From assembly GCA_951406725.2 (NCBI GenBank), contig OX597821.1, positions 98,394,001 through 98,458,000 on the forward strand: a stretch of DNA of 64,000 nt, read 5' to 3'. The notes under the pieces are model-generated. The model saw only the letters and a list, made by a program, of their open reading frames with translations, ran no database searches and was not told the DNA's origin. A program made the position numbers and the translations under genes. The stretch is from Octopus vulgaris. Its lineage: Eukaryota. Below, piece by piece: positions 25,689 to 39,960 of this stretch (its first letter is position 1; every line of letters begins with the position of its first letter).

Positions 25689-25845
25689 CGACTGGCTTCT
25701 TTCAGTTTCCGTCTACCAAATCCACTCACAAGACTTTGGTCGGCCCGAGGCTATAGTAGAAGACACTTACCCAAGGTACCACGCAGTGAGACTGAACCCG
25801 GAACCATGTGGTTGGTAAGCAAGCTACTTACCACACAGCCACTCC
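25447..25845 (-). mobile_element. Family C SINE inserted in a MITE-B (~25332-25900)
   Basis: Full reverse-complement match; both flanks match MITE-B. Confidence 0.85.
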
Positions 25846-26785
25846 ATATTTTTAGAATGACATTGTGGAGTAGGTAAGAGAAGTCGGATCTGGTTTATTT
25901 CAATAGAAATAAGATAACAAAAGGGTGAAAAATAAGACAGAAGAGAAGGTTCAAACGAGTAGAGTAGCATCCTTGGTTTGGTCAAGAGGAAGAGGCAATA
26001 ATCCATACCATTGTTGTTTAGCCTGACCAACTTTGATTGAGCAGACTTAAAGATATTCCAACCTTTGTGGAACAACTAAGTTTCCACATGACCACTCAGC
26101 CTGCTAGAAACAGCAGTCAGTCTCCCACATATCACACTGCCATCATGTAAACAACAATTCATGATGATGACTATACCTAGGGCTATATAATCTAATATGT
26201 CTTTTTTTTTTTTTTTTCATAAAGACAAAGTGTGATTTGTGAGGGACTGGTTGCTATTTCTAGCAGATCAAGTGACTATGTAGAGGCTCATTCATTGGCT
26301 GTAGAGAAAAAAAGATGTAATATATCAAAGGAGTGTGTCATGAGATCAAATAGAGTAACATTTGAGACCAGGCCTGTTGTTGGCAGGAAAGAAACATTAT
26401 CCATCTACACACACAAACTAAATACTCTGAAATGCCAAGAGAGAAGTTGAAATCAAGACTGTAGTCTGTCCACCAGAATTCTGCTATTCTGATCTTATTT
26501 AAGCAACAGAAACAAAATAAATATTAAAAAATTGAAATAGAAAAGAAATCAACCTTGATTCACACAAGTTTAAAAAAAAAAAAAAGTTGCTCAGCAGATG
26601 ATGTTACAAAGAAAGAAATGGCAGGTGAGGCGGGGGAGGGGGAAAGAAACCCAAGGCTGTGTAATTTGTTCTAAGCAACCTGGAAAATATAGTGCAGTAG
26701 CAGAACATTAATAGTAAGCTAATGGATTGGATGGAGAAATAGGGCAATTTATGTGATAGTACATAGAGAGAGAGAACAAAAGATC

Positions 26786-27625
<840 letters not shown>

Positions 27626-27859
27626 TGTGGTCATGTGTATGTAAAGAGGAACATGCCTTTGTGCATATCTGTATGTTCATGTCACGCTTAGATAAAGAAC
27701 GACTGCTCGAACAATGAGTGCATGTGATTATGTGCATGCATACTCATTTGAGTATGCACGTGCATCTCTGCTTCTTCGTGTTTATACATCTGAGTTATTC
27801 ACGTAACAATATTTTAGTATGTGTCATTATACACACAATATAACATTATGAATTGATAA

Positions 27860-28893
27860 AAAAAAATATCATTATACGTTGTCAATACATATTGCTGCAT
27901 CATAAGCTTTAATATTTGCAATACTATATCATTATACACCCACAATATCATTATGTATCAATACAACCACAATATCATTATGTATCAATACAACCACAAT
28001 ATCATTATGTATCAATACACCCACAATATTATGTATTATTATTAACACCCACATCATAATTATGCATCAATACACATCCCAATATTTTTCTGTCAATACA
28101 CACACACATGCCTACCCCTTCTCCAAATTTCTATCTAGCCAGCACATCTACACCCCCACCATATTTTAATTTATCAATGCACAAACAATATCATTATGTA
28201 TAAAACACACATTGTGTATCAATATACATCTCCCTATCCAATACGTTTCTCTCTTCATGTACACCTGGCTCCCATCCCCAATATTTTTATGTATCAATGC
28301 ACACACAATATCATTATATATCAACAAATCATACATACAATATTATATCTATATGTATCATGTATCAAAATCTAATGCAATATAATCATGCCTCAACATA
28401 TACCCAATATCATTATGTATCTCTTTCTCTCTATATATATATGTAAACATATATATATACATTTATATACATACACATGTATATTATATATGCATGTATA
28501 TTATATACACATATTTATAAATACATACACATGTAAATACATATACATACGTATACATACACATATACAAACACACATATATATACATACAAGTATACAC
28601 ATACACACATTCACATACATACATACATACATATACATACAAATACATATATATATATATATACATACAAATACATACATAATACAATACATATATATAT
28701 ATACATAATACAATACATATATATACATACATAATACAATACATATATATACATACATAATACAATACATATATATACATACATAATACAATACATATAT
28801 ATACATACATAATACAATACATATATATACATACATAATACAATACATATATATATACATACATATATATACACACACATATACACATACATA
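27860..28893. repeat. 27-bp CCACAATATCATTATGTATCAATACAA repeats followed by a (TACA)-rich tract with 26-bp ACATAATACAATACATATATATACAT units
   Basis: About three near-perfect 27-mers at ~27940-28025; about seven 26-mers at ~28675-28860. Confidence 0.85.
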
Positions 28894-30115
28894 CAGGGGT
28901 TGGAGAAAATAAGCATCATAGCATCATAATTTTGAAATATCTACAAAACCGTCAAAAGCTTGTTTGTTTTTATGCTTTTTGATTTATTATTAGTGTTGCT
29001 TGGCATGTTTTGTTAAAATTGCTGTTCTTTTTTTTTTTTCAGATATCATCAGAAAAAGGTAGTTAAAATACATTAAAATAACAGATCTATTGGACTTTTG
29101 AAGAGTACAAATTGTTGGTCCTCGCATGGCAGGTGCTAGCATAACGTTTGGTGTATTAAGTACTGTCTCGAAAGTAATGACAGCCTTTAAGAAAGAGGGA
29201 AAAACCTCCTTGTCAAAACAAACTCTGGAAGAAAACCAAAACTTTCAGATAGGGACTATCGGACTTTTACGCGGATCATTAGAAAGGATCACAAAAGTAC
29301 AACTCCCAAAATTATTGCAGAGCTTAATGACCACCTCGAGAACTCAAATTCCACAAAAACTGTTCGCCGGGAACTGCATAAAACCAGATTTTACAGTTAG
29401 GCTACAATCAGAAAACCACTACTTTTCAAAAACAGAATTGGTCCCTAGATTGGTCCCTAGAGCTGTGAAAGAATGTTATTTTCTCAGACAAGTCATCCAT
29501 TACCTTATTTCTGACCACTGGCTGAGTATACATGTGGAAACAGCCAAAAGAAGCATTTGACCCAGACTGCCTACATCCAACTGTTAAACATGGAGGATCT
29601 GTGATGATCTGTGGGGGCTACATCTTGGAAATCCACTGGCCCAATGGTTTCCCTTCATGGAAGAATTAACAGTCAAGACTGTTTAAGCATTTTATCTGAT
29701 CAAATTCATCCTATGGTTGCGGAACTGTTTCTGGAGGGAAACACAATCTTTGAGGATGATAATGCAGCAATTCAAACAGCTAAAGTTGTTACTGAATAGC
29801 ACGAGGAACATTTTAGTGAGGTTGAACATCTTATCTAGCCACCGCAGTCCCCAGATTTCAATATTATTGAACATTTATGGTGCATTTCAGAAAAACAAGT
29901 AAGGAGCCAACATCCTCTGCCATCATTACTACAAGAACTGGAGACTATTTTATCTGAAGGATGGACAAAAATCCCTTTGGAAATAATTCAAACTTTGCAT
30001 GAGTACATACCTTATAGAATTCATGCTGTAATTGCTGCCAAAGGCAGTCCTACCCCAGATTAAAATAGATTTGTTTGAAATTGTAAAGGGTTTCCATTAT
30101 TTTGTCCAACCCCAG
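28894..30115 (+). mobile_element. Tc1-like DNA transposon with decayed transposase (D36E spacing)
   Basis: TA|CAGGGGTTGGAGAAAATAA ... TTATTTTGTCCAACCCCAG TIRs; remnants GRINSQD...IFEDDNAAIQTAK...PPQSPDFNIIEHLW with stops and frameshifts. Confidence 0.9.
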
Positions 30116-30122
30116 CATATGT

Positions 30123-30167
<45 letters not shown>

Positions 30168-30419
30168 CATACATATGGTTACACACATAGATATACATAT
30201 GTACAGATATACATACATATAGATATACATACATACACATACATACACACACATATACATCTACTTTATTATCTCCGCTTCTTCCTAGTCCCCTATGTGA
30301 CCCCTCTGTCCGGCATTCACCATGATAGATCGCTAGCCACTAAACCTTTTGTATTTTCTCTCCCTGTTTATTCCTGTGTTCCTTTCTGTCAAAGAGAAAA
30401 TAGAAAAAAATATATACCT

Positions 30420-30587
30420 TTTATACTGGGTACATCTTATAGAGTTTCTACCTACGCCTTTTCTACAGATCAAGCAGGGCCATCTACCTAAAGGGATTTG
30501 TGGTTTGTCTGCCTTCCCACTTATAAGGACTTTGGTTTTAGCTAGGTTGACTCTAAGGCCCTTTCAATTCTAATCCTTGCTTCCACA

Positions 30588-30590
<3 letters not shown>
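30420..30590 (-). mobile_element. RTE LINE fragment, same family as 37736-38661
   Basis: Reverse complement aligns with ~38480-38630 ([12 protein letters not shown]...RWPC.ICRKGVG.NSIRC). Confidence 0.85.
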
Positions 30591-30648
<58 letters not shown>

Positions 30649-31050
30649 TATACATACACACATATTTACATACATACACATACATATATATATATACATG
30701 CATATATACATACACAAACATATATACATATATTTATACACATATATACATACACAAACATATATACATATATTTATACACATATATACATACACAAACA
30801 TATATACATATATTTATACACAAACATATATACATATATTTATACACATACATATATATATATATATATACATACACATACATATACATACATACATATA
30901 TACATACATACATATATACATACATACATATATACATACATACATATATACATACATACATATATACATACATACATATATGCATACATACATATATATA
31001 TGTACACATATACACACATATATATATATAAACATATATACACACATACA
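30590..31050. repeat. (TA)/(TACA) microsatellite with ~40-bp higher-order units
   Basis: Directly visible. Confidence 0.9.
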
Positions 31051-31639
31051 ATACCAAGATAGTAGGCAGCCATATGAAAGACTAGTGAATGTACAATTAA
31101 GAATAAACCAGACAAGAGAAACCACGATAAGAACCACCTTTGTCTTCTGTGACATAATTCTAGCTGTTCAATCATACATACATAGGTTAGTGTTTATACA
31201 TACATACATACGTTTTACATACATACACTTACAATACATACATACATACATCATACAACAATTATGGGTCGGTTGGTTGCTTGAGACATCTTCAACACCT
31301 ACGTGCATTGTTTTCATTGTCCCCCCCTGAGATTTAATAAGGAAAAAAAAAAATTCTACTATTTTAATCATACTGAACCTGACTGATTAAAAATAAATTA
31401 AAAAAACCTAATTAATGTTGGCGCAAAGAATGTGAGGCACGAGTGAAGCTTAAAGACCTAGTCTTCAGTGGCAAGAAAACTTATTTAAAAAGCAAAAATC
31501 AATAGAACAATATTGAACAAGTTATCACACTCAGACATACATACATAAACATTATTGTACAACCATCTATTTGGAGAATTTAATTGTTCTGTACTGTAAT
31601 GTTTGTTTCGCAGTTTCTCGTTATGTCAGATAAACAAAT

Positions 31640-32660
31640 AATAATAATCCTTTCTTTTAAAGGACCAAGGGCAACAATCTTGAGTGAGGGGACCTGTTGA
31701 TTATATCAACTGCAGTACTCAACTGGTACCTAGTTTCTCAACCCTGAAAAGATGAAAGGCAAAGCTAACCATGGCGGAATTTGAACTCTGAATGTAGCAA
31801 CAGGCGAAATACTAAGAATTTCTTCCAGTGAGCTAACGATTCTGCCAGCTCGCTGCTTGAAAAAGAAGAGGAAGAAGAATTTCTTAGATTTGTATGAAGC
31901 CATAAATTCCCTCAGTACATTGCTTATTTTATCAATCTCATTAGATTGAAAAAGTCAGCCACAGCAGGATTTGAACACAGGATATAGGACAATAAATGAA
32001 ATACAGATGAGCAGTCCAATATTTTACCATTTCTGTCAGATTATTATTATTATTATTATTATTATGATTAAGGTGATGAGCCGACAGAATTGTTAGCACG
32101 CTGGGTGAAATACTTAGCCATATTTTGTCTGCTGCTACATTCTGAGTTTAAATTCTGCCGTGGTTGACTTTCTTTGCCTTTCATCCTTTTGGAGTCAATA
32201 AATTAAGTACCAGTTACGCACTGGAGGCGGTGTAATCGACTAGTCTCTTTCCCCAAAATTTCAAGTCTTGTACCTATAGTAGAAAGGATTATTATTATGA
32301 TTAAGAAGAAGAACAGCAGCAGCAGTTTTTGATTTAGGTGCAAGTACAGTAATTTTGAGGAAAAATGGCTTAATCATTACAATCTATCCTAGTATTTAAC
32401 AGGTAGGTACTTTATTGATTTCAAAAAGATGAAACGTAAAGTTGAGCTCAGCAGGATTTGAACTCACAACATAAAGACCCTGAAACAAAAGGCATTTATT
32501 TAATTTAATTTTTTTATGATGCTCTATCAATTTTGCCGGCTCAACTACAAATTATATGTTATTTTACTTGCCAATTATTTTATTGACTTTCAGAAGAATA
32601 AAACAAAAAGTTGACTCTGGCAAGATTTGAAATCATAGGTAAAGCGACAACAAAATACTG
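31640..32660. mobile_element. Cluster of older family D SINE copies in both orientations
   Basis: Minus-strand copy at ~31645-31858, plus-strand copy at ~32070-32295, remnants to 32660, with (ATT)n linkers. Confidence 0.75.
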
Positions 32661-34021
32661 CTGCAAGTATTTAATTAACCCCTTACCCGGCAGAAACGAA
32701 TATATGCATTTTGACCGAAATCGTTTTATTTTATCTCTGGCGAGTTAACTCGTCAAAAGATAGACTCGCCAAAATCGACAGCAAACGAGTTCCTTCGTCT
32801 ATTATAAAAAATATGTCATATTATAAAAAATATGTCATATAAAAAATATGTCTGAAAAAATACATTTATTTTCAAAATAATTGTTGGGTGTTAAGGATTC
32901 TGATGATTCCACATTCCCTACATTCAATAATAGGAGTAATTTATTAAATAAGAGGTTAAGGAAACAAATCTGGGAGTGGTAGAGCTATAGGTAATTAGAT
33001 TCTTTTAACAACCATGGAAGAATGACAGGTAAGGTCAATTTCAGCATGGTTTGAGCTTAAAGATTAAAGGGACATAACCAAAAACCAAGTCTGCTATTCA
33101 TCTCATTGCCTCTCTAACTATAGACAGACTTGTCACATTCTGGTAGCTCAGCATCTACGAAAGGATCACTTCTGCATTTGCGTACGTTTCTTTCTTTTTT
33201 TTTTTTTTTAATATTTATTTACATATATAAAGGACCAAGAGAAATCAGCAAAGAAAATAAAGAAACCTCAACTAGAGAAACATGAGAAACCTTATTGGTA
33301 GCAGTAAAGAGCAGATTCATTAATTAATGAGATTCTAGAATCTATGACTTCAAAGCTAACAATACTAACTTGAATATTGCTTAATGGGTTTACTCAAATT
33401 GTCCATTGGTTGTGTAAGATGAGTTTTACTCAGCAAAATACCTCATTGATTTAGAAAATTTCAATCTTCCATGATTTGAACTCATCTTTTACTGCTGTTA
33501 GCATTGTGAGTGCCAACTACAGAGTATAGCTTTGGGAAACATTAAGATACAGTTGGATATTAGCACATGGAATAATAAAATGGTAATGTGGGCATTCATC
33601 AACAGTCACTAAAAATTATGTTTCAAGATAGGAATAGTAAGTTCCAACAAAGATCAAGGAGACAGATTCTATAGCCCGAGTCGTTTTTACAAAGTGTTAA
33701 TATATAGTAAAGTCAAACCCTGGTGTATTACACCCCAACAGAGACTGTGCGTAACTCACAGGACTACTGTTTCAACTTTTATAGCTTTGAGATTTCAATG
33801 TGATCATTTTTAGAATGACATTGTGGAGTAGGTGCAAGAAGCCAGAACTGTTGGTTAGTTTGAATATAAAATGTAGAATATCTGGGCCAGATATGACCAG
33901 TTTAAATGCTAAAGGGTTAATACAAACTGTTCAGTGTGTTTCACATATTCCCATAATTCAGGAACCGTTCAGTGTTGATGCCATCACAAGAATGGTCCAA
34001 TGGCTAAACCATTCCACTTAA

Positions 34022-34241
34022 CCCTTTCGTTACCAACCCGGCTGAAACCGGCTCTGGCTCTGAGTACAAATGTCTTGTTCTCATAACTTTTGAATTAAAA
34101 TCTTCCACCAAACCGTACTCACAATTTATGTTCCTAATACTAGCTTAATGATAACTAAGTTATTTTACTAAATTCTTTGTTATATTTAAAGTAATTGAAA
34201 GAAACACAGAGCATCTCAAAATAAATACAGTAACGAAAGGG
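34022..34241. mobile_element. piggyBac-type MITE-A, intact 220 bp
   Basis: TTAA TSD on both sides; TIR CCCTTTCGTTAC / GTAACGAAAGGG. Confidence 0.9.
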
Positions 34242-34551
34242 TTAATGTTAGCTCTGATAAAATTATTAGTCTTCCACTGTCAATCAAAGCTTGCATTAAC
34301 TGAGAGTAGAAGCTACTGTCAACAGCAATAATAATGAATACACAAAACAAACGAGACAAAAGATGTTCTAGTAGAAATCAAAGACTTAAGTTATAGAAAT
34401 TAATACATTGGTGATGAGTTTATAACTGCTTTTCACACAAGGAACAGAAAATCCTTCTCATGGCATCTGGCACTTTTTGATGAACTTTCTCTAGTCATTT
34501 CTATACCTCACAAATAAAAGAAAAAATACAAAGCAGTCGTAATAATATTTA

Positions 34552-34830
34552 TGGCCATTGCCAGCGCCACCCCAAATGGTCCCGTGCCGGTGGCACATAA
34601 AAAGCACCATCCGATCGTGACTGTTTGCCAGCCTCGTCTGGCACCTGTGCCGGTGGCACATAAAAAGCACTCACTACACTCACGGAGTGGTTGGCATTAG
34701 GAAGGGCATCCAGCCGTAGAAATATTGCCAGATCAGACTGGGCCTGGTGCAGCCTTCTGGCTTCCCAGACCCCAGTTGAACCATCCAATCCATGCTAGCA
34801 TGGAAAGCGGATGCTAAACGATGATGATGA
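34552..34830 (+). mobile_element. Family M SINE-like element
   Basis: Same domain and tail as other family M copies. Confidence 0.85.
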
Positions 34831-36185
34831 AGATATTTTGGTCATGAATGAAAGAATTTCTTTTGGCTTCAGCTAAATTTAAAGTTCTTACTTGTGATGT
34901 CAGGTCTTTTGTTTTCAAGTCATCAGAATTTTACACTTGTCAACATTATTCAAGAAATATAATTGCCAATTTTTTTTTCTTACAATGCCACTACTTTGCA
35001 GTTCTTTAGTTAGAAGTTTAAGGCTTACAAAAAAAATTCTTTTTAAAATTTTAAAAAACCCTGCTTCAGGGGATTTTGTTGGCTGCTGCATGAAAGTTTA
35101 GTTGTTACAATCTTCAATAAATTTCAATACTTTGAAGCAAGAGGTTTGTGGAGGCATAGGAAACAGGCAAAAATATTTTCAAACGTATAACCAGTATAAT
35201 GAAAAGGATCTGCAATTGAGTTGCCCAAGGCATACAATTTTGTCCTTCATTGATTCAATAATAATAACCAACTGCAAAAAGTAAACCACATGGCAAACTT
35301 TATTTAAAATTAATTTTCCAGTTTGAGAGAAATAGTGAACTTGATCATGATTTTACAGTGTTAGGGAAAAGCAGGCTCACAATATATACTTCCTCTGCCA
35401 CCTCTGTTACATACATCCTGAGAGAGACATACTCCAGCACTTATACTTAGTCACATATAGACAGGCACACACAGTGGCACAGATCAATTTTTAAGTCATA
35501 CATAGAAAGTTCAACTAGAAGAAACTCCAGCCAACAAGGTATTCTGTATATTGTCACCCAACATGGTAGAAATAGCAACTAAATTCCTTCAACCTGCTGT
35601 GTTTTAAAAGAGGAAGGACATTCGACAATTGGATTACAAAAAAGATAAAAAAGAAAAGAAAAAATTGACAGCAGTTGGAATACATTTGATCCAAGATATG
35701 CTCCACAGAGATCTGTGACTAACTACGTGTGAGTGTGAGTGAAAAAAGTGGAAAAGAGAGGGACAACCAGGTCAAGCTAACAGAGTTACCATACAATACA
35801 TGACAAGACAAGGATGAAACATTTTTTCACTAGACTGTTCAGAAGATCTGGAGAAATGTGGTATACACGAGAGATGAAACAGTTTTACTCAACTTTTTAT
35901 CTACCTACATATATATATACACACACACCCAAATATATTATTATTATGACTGTCATTTCAAATAGTGACAACAAAAAGTCAGTTAACTAAGTGAATGTGT
36001 CTATTCTAAATGACAGTTAAACCAAAGCAAAAACTGACAAGTTCTGCCAGCAAATATATTAAATATATTATCACAAATATATCTGAACATGGATTGTTAT
36101 GTCTTGCCGCCAAACAGGACATCCTTTTCTCACATTTGCATACCTGAATGCATATTACATATATATATATATATATACATACATA

Positions 36186-36550
36186 GGCGCAGGAGTGGCT
36201 GTGTGGTAAGTAGCTTGCTAACCAACCACATGGTTCCGGGTTCAGTCCCACTGCATGGCATCTTGGGCAAGTGTCTTCTGCTATAGCCTTGGGCCGACCA
36301 AAACCTTGTGAGTGGATTTGGTAGACGGAAACTGAAAGAAGCCTGTCGTATATATGTATGTGTTTGTTCCCCTAGCATTGCTTGACAACCAATGCTGGTG
36401 TGTTTATGTCTCCGTCACTTAGCGGTTCGGCAAAAGAGACCGATAGAATAAGTACTGGGTTTACAAAGAATAAGTCCCGGGGTCGATTTGCTCGACTAAA
36501 GGCGGTGCTCCAGTATGGCCGCAGTCAAATGACAAACAAGTAAAAGAGTA
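36186..36550 (+). mobile_element. Family C SINE
   Basis: Full-length match. Confidence 0.9.
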
Positions 36551-36633
36551 AATACATATATATATATATATATATATTTCGTTTTGAGATTTGGTTTGCA
36601 AGATTCTTTATGTGAGTTTGTGTGTTGAAGCAT

Positions 36634-36875
36634 ATCCTAATGTGTCTGGGGAGAGTCATTTTCTTTTTGCGCCTTATAATTTAACACACTCTCCGGTAAA
36701 ATTGTCACTTATTTTTATTTTCCTAAAATTTTTGTTGTGTCTTGCAACCTTTTCATGCAAAATGCAACGAAAATTTTAGGAAAATAAAATTAAGAAATAA
36801 GTGGAAATTTTACCAGTGAGTGTGCTAAATTATAAGGCACAAAAAGAAAATGAGTCTTCCCAGGCACAATAGAAT
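36634..36875. repeat. Imperfect ~110-bp-arm palindrome, possibly an inverted Penelope-like pLTR remnant
   Basis: GCCTTATAATTTAACACACTC..GGTAAAATT..CCTAAAATTTT pairs with AAAATTTTAGG..AATTTTACC..GAGTGTGCTAAATTATAAGGC. Confidence 0.7.
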
Positions 36876-37302
36876 GAATATAGATATATATATATATATA
36901 TGATTGCTTTATGTCAAATAATATAAAAAAAACAATTTACCAGTAAACTGAGGGGTTACTCAAACAGCAGTAGAGCACATTTTTATCAAACTTTTACACG
37001 GAAAGGGTTGAGTTATTTCCAAGTTTCAGCTTGCAGAATTATCCAAAGAAAGTGAACAAGCTGGACCTTCAAGGCCCCTGCCAATATTTTCCCGGTAAAA
37101 GTTTAATACACATACACACACACACACACGTTCTTTCAATTAGATTTTCCAGAACAATTCAATTTCCCAATACTACAGTTTGTGGCATTCATTCCAACTG
37201 CAATACTTAAATTCAGTAAAATTCCAGAAATAAATTAAGTTTGAAAATATCACTATATGCATACATGACATACATTTATGTAGTATTTGTATAAGGCACA
37301 GT

Positions 37303-37715
37303 GTGGCTGTGTGGTAAGAAGCTTGCCTCCCAACCATATGGGTCCAGGTTCAGTCCCACTGCATGGCAACTTAGGCAAGTGTCTTCTACTATAGCCCTGG
37401 GCCAACCACAACCTTGTGAGTGGATTTGGTAGACAGAAACTAAAAGTAGCCCATTGTATATATGTATATTTGAGTGTGTCTGTCCCCACCCTACCATCGC
37501 TTCACAGCCACTGGTGGTGTGCTGCATGACCGAAAAACATAAAAGAATAACAGAGCGGCTGTGTGGTAAGTAGCTTGCCTCCCAACCACATGGGTCCAGG
37601 TTCAGTCCCACTGCATGGCAACTTAGGCAAGTGTCTTCTACTATAGCTCAGGACAACCAAAACCTTATGAGTCAATTTGGTAGACGGAAACTGAAAGAAG
37701 CCTGTCGTTTATATA
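37303..37715 (+). mobile_element. Two tandem 5' halves of family C SINE
   Basis: GGCTGTGTGGTAAG heads at ~37305 and ~37556 share the diagnostic variant GCATGGCAACTTAGGCAAG. Confidence 0.8.
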
Positions 37716-37735
37716 TATATATATATACATATAGA

Positions 37736-38661
37736 TAGATAAGGCAATTAGAAGCATGAAGACAGGGAAAGCCCCCAGCAAATCAGGAATCACTGCAGAG
37801 ATGCTCAAAATATCTGGCAGTGTCAGCTATAGCCTAGTCACCTTTATAGTTAACCAGGTGATGCACGAAGGAGTCATACCCAATGACTGGAGTAGCAGCA
37901 TAATAGTCAACTGCTACAAAGGTGAAGGTGATGCTTTAGATACAAATAATTACAGAGGTATCAAGCTGTTGGATCAGGTAATGAAGGCTACGGAAAGGGT
38001 CATAGCCCAACTGATTAGGGAGAAAGGCAGCTTGGATGAGACACTGTTTGGTTTCGTGCCAGGGAAAAGTACCCCTGATGCCATATTTCTGGTAAGACAG
38101 CTGCAGGAGAAATACCTAGCCAAAGATAAGCCCCTGTACCTGGCTGGCTTTTGTTGACATGGAGAAAGTCTTTGACAGGGTCCCCCGGTCCCTTATCTGG
38201 TGGTCAATGAGGAAACTAGGGATAGATGAATGGTTAGTGAGAGCTGTGCAAGCCATGTACAGGGACGCTGTAAGAAAGGTGAGGGTTGGCAATGAGTATA
38301 CTGAAGAATTCGGAGTAGAGGTAGGGGTCTACCAAGGTTCAGTCCTCAGCCCCCTCCTATTTATCATAGTCCTCCAGGCAATAATGGAGGAATTCAAGAC
38401 AGAATGCCCCTGGGAGTTCCTCAATGCTGATGACCTTGCTCTAATTGCTGAGTCACTATCAGAACTGGAGAAGTTTCAAGGGTTAGAATCGAAGGGCCTT
38501 AGAATCAACCTAGCTAAAACCAAAGTCCTAATATGTAGGAAGGCAGGCAAACTACAAATCCCTTCAGGTAGATGGCCCTGCTCGATCTGTAGAAAAGGCG
38601 TAGGTAAAAACTCTATAAGATGCACCAAGTGCAAGCTATGGACACATAAGAGGTGCAGCAA
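37736..38661 (+). mobile_element. RTE-clade LINE reverse transcriptase fragment with a Cys-rich zinc-finger-like insert
   Basis: GKAP..SGITAEMLK, NYRGIKLL, FGFVPGKST.DAIF..RQLQEK, QGSVLSPLLF, NADDLALIAES, WPCSICRKGVG.NSIRCTKCKLWTHKRCS; one frameshift at ~38150. Confidence 0.92.
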
Positions 38662-39062
38662 GATCAGCAAAGGCATCCTCCTCCTGCAGGACAACGCTCC
38701 AGTCCACAACTCGCATGTCGCCAGATCAGAAGCACAGGCGTGTGGCTATGAACTCCTCCCCCATCCCCCCTACTCTCCTGACCTTGCACCCTCTGATTTT
38801 CAACTCTTCCCAGCCATGAAGCTGCTTTTGAAAGGAAAGCGTTTCCCAGATGATGCAGCCTTGATTTCTTAAGTCATGTTGTGGTTGGAGGACCAAGCTG
38901 GGGTCTTCTACAAAAACGGTCTCCAGAGCTGCATCAAACGATGGGAGAAATGCGTAACTCTGGGTGGTTCCTATGTAGAAAAAGACTAATAATTGTGCCA
39001 AGTTTCGTTGCTCTACTGCTATGGGAAGTGGGTCAGGGGCATTACTTATTGAACGCCCCTCG
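38660..39062 (+). mobile_element. mariner (DD34D) transposon 3' fragment with right TIR
   Basis: LLQDNAPVH...LPHPPYSPDLAPSDFQLF (34 residues between the Ds), premature TAA at 38870, RWEKCVTLGGSYVEKD* ending 38989; TIR ...TTATTGAACGCCCCTCG|TA. Confidence 0.92.
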
Positions 39063-39102
39063 TATGCATATATACATACAGACATACATATATATGCATG
39101 TT

Positions 39103-39133
<31 letters not shown>

Positions 39134-39289
39134 GTACATTTATACACACACACACACACACATCCAGGTTTTGAGTTCTGTTTTCCTGTTGGAATTACTA
39201 AACGTATATTTATATATACACACATGTATATATAAATACATACAATGTGTGTGATCATGTGTGAATGATTGTCAATACAACATACATAG

Positions 39290-39960
39290 GTGTGTGTGTA
39301 TTCTTATACACTATATATGTGTGTGTATTCTTATACACTATATATGTGTGTGTGTATTCTTATACACTATATATGTGTGTGTGTATTCTTATACACTATA
39401 TATGTGTGTGTATTCTTATACACTATATGTGTGTGTGTATTCTTATACACTATATATGTGTGTGTGTATTCTTATACACTATATATGTGTGTGTGTATTC
39501 TTATACACTATATATGTGTGTGTGTATTCTTATGTGTGCATTCTTATACACTATATATGTGTGTGTGCATTCTTATACACTATATATGTGTGTGTGTATT
39601 CTTATACACTATATATGTGTGTGTGTATTCTTATACACTATATATGTGTGTGTATTCTTATACACTATATATGTGTGTGTGTATTCTTATACACTATATA
39701 TGTGTGTGTATTCTTATACACTATATGTGTGTGTGTATTTTATACACTATATATGTGTGTGTGCATTCTTATACACTATATATGTGTGTGTGTATTCTTA
39801 TACACTATATATGTGTGTGTGTATTCTTATACACTATATATGTGTGTGTATTCTTATACACTATATATGTGTGTGTGTATTCTTATACACTATATATGTG
39901 TGTGTGTATTCTTATACACTATATATGTGTGTGTGTATTCTTATACACTATATATGTGTG
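39290..39960. repeat. Minisatellite TATTCTTATACACTATATATGTGTGTG(TG), 27-29 bp, about 24 copies
   Basis: Directly visible; highly homogeneous. Confidence 0.95.

Noticed and set aside
30270-30400. Possible truncated Penelope pLTR next to the RTE fragment
   Set aside because: Based only on recollection of similar octopus repeats; it stops before any ribozyme core and has no second copy here
32679-32954. Possible third TTAA-flanked MITE
   Set aside because: The terminal inverted match is only about 6 of 7 bp beyond TTAA and the right end is ambiguous
39290-39960. CRISPR-like appearance of regular 27-29-bp repeats
   Set aside because: No unique spacers, no cas genes, eukaryotic context
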